From Oscillospiraceae bacterium (GTDB lineage: Bacteria; Bacillota; Clostridia; Oscillospirales; Ruminococcaceae), in NCBI GenBank assembly GCA_902798695.1, contig CADBXK010000003.1:2849-66848 (forward strand): 64,000 nucleotides of DNA, given 5' to 3'. Under the pieces are notes generated by a model. That model made no database searches. It was not told the DNA's origin and was given only the letters and a program-made list of their open reading frames with translations. Shown here one piece after another: positions 59,369 through 64,000 of this stretch (position 1 is its first letter; every line of letters begins with the position of its first letter). A program made the position numbers and the translations under genes.

Positions 59369-60786
59369 TGGAATATGAAATTGTTATGGGGCTAGAAACT
59401 CATGTTGAATTATCAACAAACACTAAGATATTTTGTGGGTGTACTACTGAATTTGGAGGAGAACCTAATACACATTGTTGTCCTATATGCATAGGTCTTC
59501 CGGGAACTATGCCAAAATTAAATTATCAGGTTGTTCGATATGCTGTTATGGCTGGTTTGTCGTTAAATTGTGAAATAGCGAAAGTTGCAAAAATGGATAG
59601 GAAAAATTATGTTTATCCAGACCTCCCTAAAGCTTATCAGATTTCTGAATACGATAAACCTCTTTGTGAACATGGATATATTGAATTATCTAATGGAAGA
59701 AAAATTGGAATTACTCGTATACATATTGAAGAAGATGCGGGTAAGTTAATACATGAAAGAGGACAAACATTTATAGATTATAACAGAGGTGGAGTTCCTT
59801 TAATAGAAATTGTTTCAGAACCAGATTTTAGATCTGTAGATGAAGTGACTGAATATTTGGAATATTTGCAGTTGACAATGAGATACATTGGTGTGTCTGA
59901 TTGTAAAATGCAAGAAGGAAGTATGCGCTGTGATGTTAACGTTTCTGTAAGACCTGTTGGATCTGATAAATTTGGAACAAGAACAGAATTAAAAAATATG
60001 AATTCATTTACTAACATTGCTAAAGCTGTAAAATATGAGGTTCAGCGACAAATTGATGTTATAGAGAGTGGAGAAAAAGTTGTTCAAGAAACACGCAGAT
60101 TTAATGATGCATCTGGAACTACTGAGTCTATGAGAGGTAAAGAAGACGCTCATGATTATAGATATTTTCGTGAGCCCGATCTGGTTACAATTTCTGTGTC
60201 GGATGATGAAATAGAAAAAATAAGAAAATTAATACCAGAGTTGCCCAATAAAAAGATTTCAAAATATATTGAACTATACGGGTTGTCTGAAGTTGATGCT
60301 AAATTGTTGGTTAAATATAAGCGTGTTGCTGACTTTTTTGAAAAATCTATTGATGGTGTTAAAGTGTATAAAAATTGTTCTAATTTCATAATTTCTTTAA
60401 TTTTTTCGAGATTTGAAACCGAGGATCAGAAAGAACAGTTTAACATAAATGTTACTCCAGAAGATATGAATGAATTACTTAAGTTACTTGAGGCTGGAAC
60501 TATTAGAAACAATGTTGCTAAGAAAACATTGGGAGAGATGCTAGATACTGGAAAGAAAGTTAAGGATATTTTGTCTGAGGATGATTTAAAAGGACTTAGT
60601 CAAGAAGAATTGACTGGTATTTGCAATAAGGCGGTAGAAAGTAATCCTAAGGCGGTTGCAGATTATTTAGGTGGAAAAGACAAAGCTGTAAAATCTATGT
60701 TGGGCTTTGTAATGAAGAACACTCAGGGTAAAGCAGATGCGCAACTTGCTGAAAAAATTATTATTGATATAATAAAAAACAAATAA
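59368..60786 (+). CDS. gatB: Asp-tRNA(Asn)/Glu-tRNA(Gln) amidotransferase subunit B
   Basis: IGLETHVEL, HIEEDAGK, RCDVNVS and a C-terminal YqeY-like domain. Its ATG overlaps the gatA TAA. Confidence 0.95.
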   Translation: MEYEIVMGLETHVELSTNTKIFCGCTTEFGGEPNTHCCPICIGLPGTMPKLNYQVVRYAVMAGLSLNCEIAKVAKMDRKNYVYPDLPKAYQISEYDKPLCEHGYIELSNGRKIGITRIHIEEDAGKLIHERGQTFIDYNRGGVPLIEIVSEPDFRSVDEVTEYLEYLQLTMRYIGVSDCKMQEGSMRCDVNVSVRPVGSDKFGTRTELKNMNSFTNIAKAVKYEVQRQIDVIESGEKVVQETRRFNDASGTTESMRGKEDAHDYRYFREPDLVTISVSDDEIEKIRKLIPELPNKKISKYIELYGLSEVDAKLLVKYKRVADFFEKSIDGVKVYKNCSNFIISLIFSRFETEDQKEQFNINVTPEDMNELLKLLEAGTIRNNVAKKTLGEMLDTGKKVKDILSEDDLKGLSQEELTGICNKAVESNPKAVADYLGGKDKAVKSMLGFVMKNTQGKADAQLAEKIIIDIIKNK

Positions 60787-60793
60787 TAAAAAT

Positions 60794-60840
60794 AAAATAG
60801 CTATATGAAATATTGAATTCATACGGCTATTTTATTTTTT
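60794..60840. terminator. Bidirectional terminator between gatB and degV
   Basis: aaaatagctatatgaa / ttcatacggctatttt forms a 16-bp stem with one G-U pair and one mismatch, followed by a T-run. Confidence 0.65.
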
Positions 60841-60848
60841 GTTTTATT

Positions 60849-61715
60849 TTATTTATCCATTTTATTTCTCATAAATATAACGCCAATAGTATTTGGACCA
60901 CAATGAGATGATATTGTGCAACTGGTTTGTGCTTCTATTACTTTTTTGAAATTATATTGCTTTTTAAGTTTTGCTTTTATTTGATCAATTATTTCCTTTT
61001 CGCAAGGAGAGTGTGTTATAAATATTACATCTTTATTGATGTCGTTTCTATTAGAAAGTCTATCACTGATATATTCATCAACACATTTTGAAAAAGGTCC
61101 TCTATATTTTTTGCCAGAATTCATTTCTCCATTTTCTAGATCTATGCATGGTTTTATTTTTAGTAAATTAGCACCGAATTTAGCAACTGATGAGCATCTA
61201 CCACCAGCATGCAAATATGTTAAAGTTTCTATAATAAAACTTGTTTCTATATTAGGAACAATATCGTTCGAAATTTTATTTGCTATGTTACTGATTGTTT
61301 CGCCGTTCTTAATCAATTCGCTAGCGGTTAAGACACACAAAGCCATTCCAGATGATAGGTTTTGAGAATCAACAACATAAACATCGCCTTCAGGAAACTC
61401 TTTGGAGGCTATAAGTGCGTTTTGATAACAAGATGAAAATTTGCTTCCAATATTAAAATGTATTACTTTGTCACCATTATCTATAATGTTCTTAAAAGCA
61501 TTTATGTAATCCTCAATAGTGCAAGCAGAAGTTTTTGGCAGTACTTTTGTGGTTTCATACTGATTAAAAATATCGTTGGGAGTGATATTTATCATGTCTT
61601 TGAATGAGCCATTATTTGTGTTTACGTAAAGTGGAATTATTTTAATGTCTAGTTCCTTAGCTAAATTTTCTGGAATGTCTGCCGGACTATCTACTGTTAT
61701 TTTTATCTGATTCAA
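60849..61715 (-). CDS. DegV family fatty-acid-binding protein
   Basis: IKITVDSPADIP... and TSCTISSHCGPNTIGV in 288 aa. The TTG start follows GGAGGA. Confidence 0.85.
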   Translation of the reverse strand: MNQIKITVDSPADIPENLAKELDIKIIPLYVNTNNGSFKDMINITPNDIFNQYETTKVLPKTSACTIEDYINAFKNIIDNGDKVIHFNIGSKFSSCYQNALIASKEFPEGDVYVVDSQNLSSGMALCVLTASELIKNGETISNIANKISNDIVPNIETSFIIETLTYLHAGGRCSSVAKFGANLLKIKPCIDLENGEMNSGKKYRGPFSKCVDEYISDRLSNRNDINKDVIFITHSPCEKEIIDQIKAKLKKQYNFKKVIEAQTSCTISSHCGPNTIGVIFMRNKMDK

Positions 61716-61818
61716 TTTTGTCCTCCATTTTTTATAAAATAATATTTTTGTTTTTTATATTAAATTTACACATTCAATGTAATTTTGTGATATACGCTCA
61801 GATTATATCAAATATTTT

Positions 61819-62328
61819 TTAACAAAGCAAGTTTACTGATATTACACTCATAATCATTCCTACAAAATCACCAATTAATGCTGCGGGTAATGCATATTTT
61901 GTTTTTGATATATTAACAGCACCAAAATATATCGCTATTGTGTAAAACGTGGTCTCAGATGATCCGGCTAATACGCTAGCTATCAGGCCAACTGTTGAAT
62001 CTGGTGAGTGGCTTTTGAATATTTGCTCGAGAAAAGATAGTGTGCCACTTCCTGATATTGGCCGCAACAGTGCAAGTGGAATTAGGTCTGATGGAAGATT
62101 GACTATTGAAAAAATTGGTTCTAACAATTTACACATATAATTTAAGAATCCAGATGACTCAAGCATACTTATAATAGCTATTATTCCTATTAAAATAGGA
62201 AATATGGATATTGATGTTTTTAAACCTTCTATCGCGCCTTTTATAAAAACTTGAAAAATATCTACATTTTTAATTATACCGACTAAAAATATAATAGCAA
62301 TTATAATTGGAATTAAGTAGTTTGTCAT
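61819..62328 (-). CDS. spmB: Spore maturation protein B
   Basis: 169-aa polytopic membrane protein directly following spmA (abutting stop and start). It has LRPISGSG and nucleoside-recognition/Gate-domain character. Confidence 0.75.
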   Translation of the reverse strand: MTNYLIPIIIAIIFLVGIIKNVDIFQVFIKGAIEGLKTSISIFPILIGIIAIISMLESSGFLNYMCKLLEPIFSIVNLPSDLIPLALLRPISGSGTLSFLEQIFKSHSPDSTVGLIASVLAGSSETTFYTIAIYFGAVNISKTKYALPAALIGDFVGMIMSVISVNLLC

Positions 62329-62904
62329 TTATTTATTTTTCCATACTTTCGAAAATATTTTGGTTGCAACTATTGATGAAACTAATGCTGTGGAAGATGA
62401 TATGAGTGTTGGATATAAAATTTTCATTGGATCTGTTGAACCATTATTGAAACGTAAAGTTGCTATTGTTGTCGGTATAATTTGTAGTGCAGATGTGTTT
62501 AAAACGCAAAATAAAACCATGTTATGGGAGGCAAAATTTTTATCATTATTTGATTTTTTAAATTTTTTCATTGCTTTTAATCCAAATGGTGTGGCTGCAT
62601 TGCCAAGTCCTAATAAATTAGCGGAGACATTCATAGAAACAGCTTCTATTGATTCATCAGATGGATTTTTGAAGAGCTTTTTAAAAATGGGTTTGAAAAT
62701 TTTTGCTATTAATGATGTGATTTTGGAATCTTGTGCGATTTTCATTATGCCACTCCAAAAACAAATTGATCCACATATGGAAAAAAATAAATTGATTGCT
62801 GAGCTACTACTACCTATTATAGCCGTGCTTACATCTGACATTTTATTCGAAATTATAGCAAATATTATTGAAAATATGGCACCAAAACAAAAAAACCATT
62901 TCAA
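62329..62904 (-). CDS. spmA: Spore maturation protein A
   Basis: FWSGIMKIAQDS... and ANLLGLGNAATPFGLKAMKKF closely match the B. subtilis SpmA pattern. TTG start. Confidence 0.8.
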   Translation of the reverse strand: MKWFFCFGAIFSIIFAIISNKMSDVSTAIIGSSSSAINLFFSICGSICFWSGIMKIAQDSKITSLIAKIFKPIFKKLFKNPSDESIEAVSMNVSANLLGLGNAATPFGLKAMKKFKKSNNDKNFASHNMVLFCVLNTSALQIIPTTIATLRFNNGSTDPMKILYPTLISSSTALVSSIVATKIFSKVWKNK

Positions 62905-63023
62905 GTTAGCATCACCACCTTATTTAAAAATATATGTTGTTTTAATGGATGTTATTATGCTTTTTGATAGAATTTGAGCTGACTTTACATTATTGGCTTT
63001 ATCTGATACAATTATTAAATGAA

Positions 63024-63551
63024 ATGGGGGGGTTGGTAGTGAAAAAGTTTATTTCTGTTATTATGTGTTTTGGGTTGGTTGTGTTTTTGTTTAGTGGCTG
63101 TGGTAATAGTGAAAATAAAAATAATGATGTGAACAACGATTCGTCATATGAAAGTGATAGTAATGATTCTGATAAGTATACACCAGATGAGTATTTATTG
63201 GCTAGAAATGTTTTTGTAGACAAGTATAAGTCTGATATAGGTGAGATGCAAAAAGTTATTTCTAGTTTTGATTTTAGTGAGGAATCTTGGAAAAAATATA
63301 GGCAATTAAGAGATGAACTTGATGGTATAGCATCTACTTTTTTTAGTAACGAATCAATGGTGTCAGATCAAAATTTGAAGGATTTTAATAAGATAAAAGA
63401 ACAAGTTAACCAATATTCTGCTATTATAAAAAAAATAGAAGAATATCGTGATAAAAGTGCTGATGAACAAGCCGCTATTATTGCTGATAGTGTGAAAAGT
63501 ATGAATAAGATCAATTTGAATTGGAAGGCAAAGATTGAAATTACAAATTAA
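63024..63551 (+). CDS. Hypothetical lipoprotein
   Basis: The signal peptide has the lipobox LFSGC, followed by an N/D/S-rich linker and a helical domain of about 130 aa. The start is the ATG at 63024 or the GTG at 63039, and the ORF-track start at 62949 is upstream read-through. Confidence 0.6.
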   Translation: MGGLVVKKFISVIMCFGLVVFLFSGCGNSENKNNDVNNDSSYESDSNDSDKYTPDEYLLARNVFVDKYKSDIGEMQKVISSFDFSEESWKKYRQLRDELDGIASTFFSNESMVSDQNLKDFNKIKEQVNQYSAIIKKIEEYRDKSADEQAAIIADSVKSMNKINLNWKAKIEITN

Positions 63552-64000
63552 TTATAGGTTTTTTTGTATAGTCTAGGCCACATGGTTTTTTGCTTTTTTG
63601 AGAAAACATAAATAAATCTGTTGCTTTTGAATCTAAATTAGAACTATATGGAAAATTTTTTGCAATGTTTTTGAAGTTGGAAGTCACTAGGATGTTAGTG
63701 GCTTTTTTTGATTGTGACAATATTTCTTGTCCTATTTTATTGAAGCCTAGTACTCTTGCATACTGTGGAAGTTTCGGGAGATGTTGTTTTTGCATATTTA
63801 GTAAAGCGTAGAACGATATTCGTCTCAATCTGGACATTGTGTATCGCTTTGTTTTTACTAATTCAAAAAATTCATTTATATTCGATGCACTTTTTGATGC
63901 TTTATATAATCTATGCTCAAGACCTTCGGTTACATCTGGTAGTTTATAGAAATCGCTTACTGTCATATTTCGCAAAATATAAAACAATAGATCTGATGAG
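63541..64000 (-). CDS. tmcAL: tRNA(Met) cytidine acetate ligase-like nucleotidyltransferase (TmcAL / UPF0348), C-terminal part; 5' end lies outside the window
   Basis: The frame stays open to the window edge. YARVLGFNKIGQEILSQSKK matches the conserved C-terminal RVLGFN block of the YlbM/TmcAL family. Confidence 0.55.
   Translation of the reverse strand, partial: SSDLLFYILRNMTVSDFYKLPDVTEGLEHRLYKASKSASNINEFFELVKTKRYTMSRLRRISFYALLNMQKQHLPKLPQYARVLGFNKIGQEILSQSKKATNILVTSNFKNIAKNFPYSSNLDSKATDLFMFSQKSKKPCGLDYTKKPIINL

Noticed and set aside
62360-62977. A 205-aa ORF on the plus strand.
   Set aside because: It lies entirely antisense to spmA, which has clear homology. It has no ribosome-binding site and its composition is what an antisense reading of a membrane-protein gene in AT-rich DNA gives. 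The same reasoning applies to the antisense ORFs at 43970..44398 (prfB), 37193..37552, 5227..5541, 22421..22711, 22862..23197, 30292..30606, 61036..61365 and the many 60-100-aa entries inside known genes.
1-64000. A search for CRISPR arrays, IS elements or transposases, integrases, prophage genes, restriction-modification genes and other defence islands.
   Set aside because: I saw no spaced direct repeats and no terminal inverted repeats flanking genes. None of the translated ORFs has a recombinase, transposase, nuclease-helicase or methyltransferase-specificity-subunit signature. The window reads as conserved core chromosome.

Overview
This window is an AT-rich stretch of core chromosome from a low-GC, endospore-forming Firmicute that looks like a member of the Clostridia. 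Lineage markers are spoIIR, spmA/spmB, hrcA with a CIRCE operator, Prp-processed L27, aspS-gatCAB and a DUF4830 gene. I can support about 60 intact, tightly packed protein genes, a tRNA-Gly/tRNA-Cys pair, and a set of sigma-A-like promoters and intrinsic terminators. Recognisable blocks, left to right:
- P-type ATPase, split transketolase, GNAT and an APC permease.
- tRNA-Gly and tRNA-Cys, DAHP synthase and rpe.
- Phosphoglucomutase and rpmE, then a dGTPase-like gene with dnaG and rpoD.
- A PucR-like regulator followed by ftsE, ftsX, two tandem M23 peptidases and a Ctp protease.
- On the minus strand, hrcA-grpE-dnaK-dnaJ, then nnr-prmA.
- A GldA/F/G-like ABC cassette with a DUF4340 gene, then DUF1015.
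- Aminotransferase, ispE, spoIIR and prfB.
- An M16 peptidase pair, then lgt and folD.
- rplU-prp-rpmA-obg-mrnC.
- rsmF-like, yebC and aspS-gatCAB.
- degV, spmAB, and a partial tmcAL at the right edge.
I saw no transposase, integrase, phage gene, CRISPR array, toxin-antitoxin pair or recognisable defence gene. I did not find a convincing undescribed multi-gene system. The items most worth a second look are modest:
- A tandem pair of coiled-coil M23 peptidase paralogues behind a single ftsEX, sharing patches of identical DNA.
- A free-standing 54-codon ORF that is one third asparagine, framed by a strong hairpin.
- An orphan HExxH protein at the left edge.
- A spoIIR ribosome-binding site buried in the ispE terminator hairpin.
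- A prfB gene without the usual programmed frameshift.
Many ORF-track entries carry spurious N-terminal extensions. I moved those starts to the first start codon with a Shine-Dalgarno sequence. All homology calls come from motif recognition by eye, not from searches.
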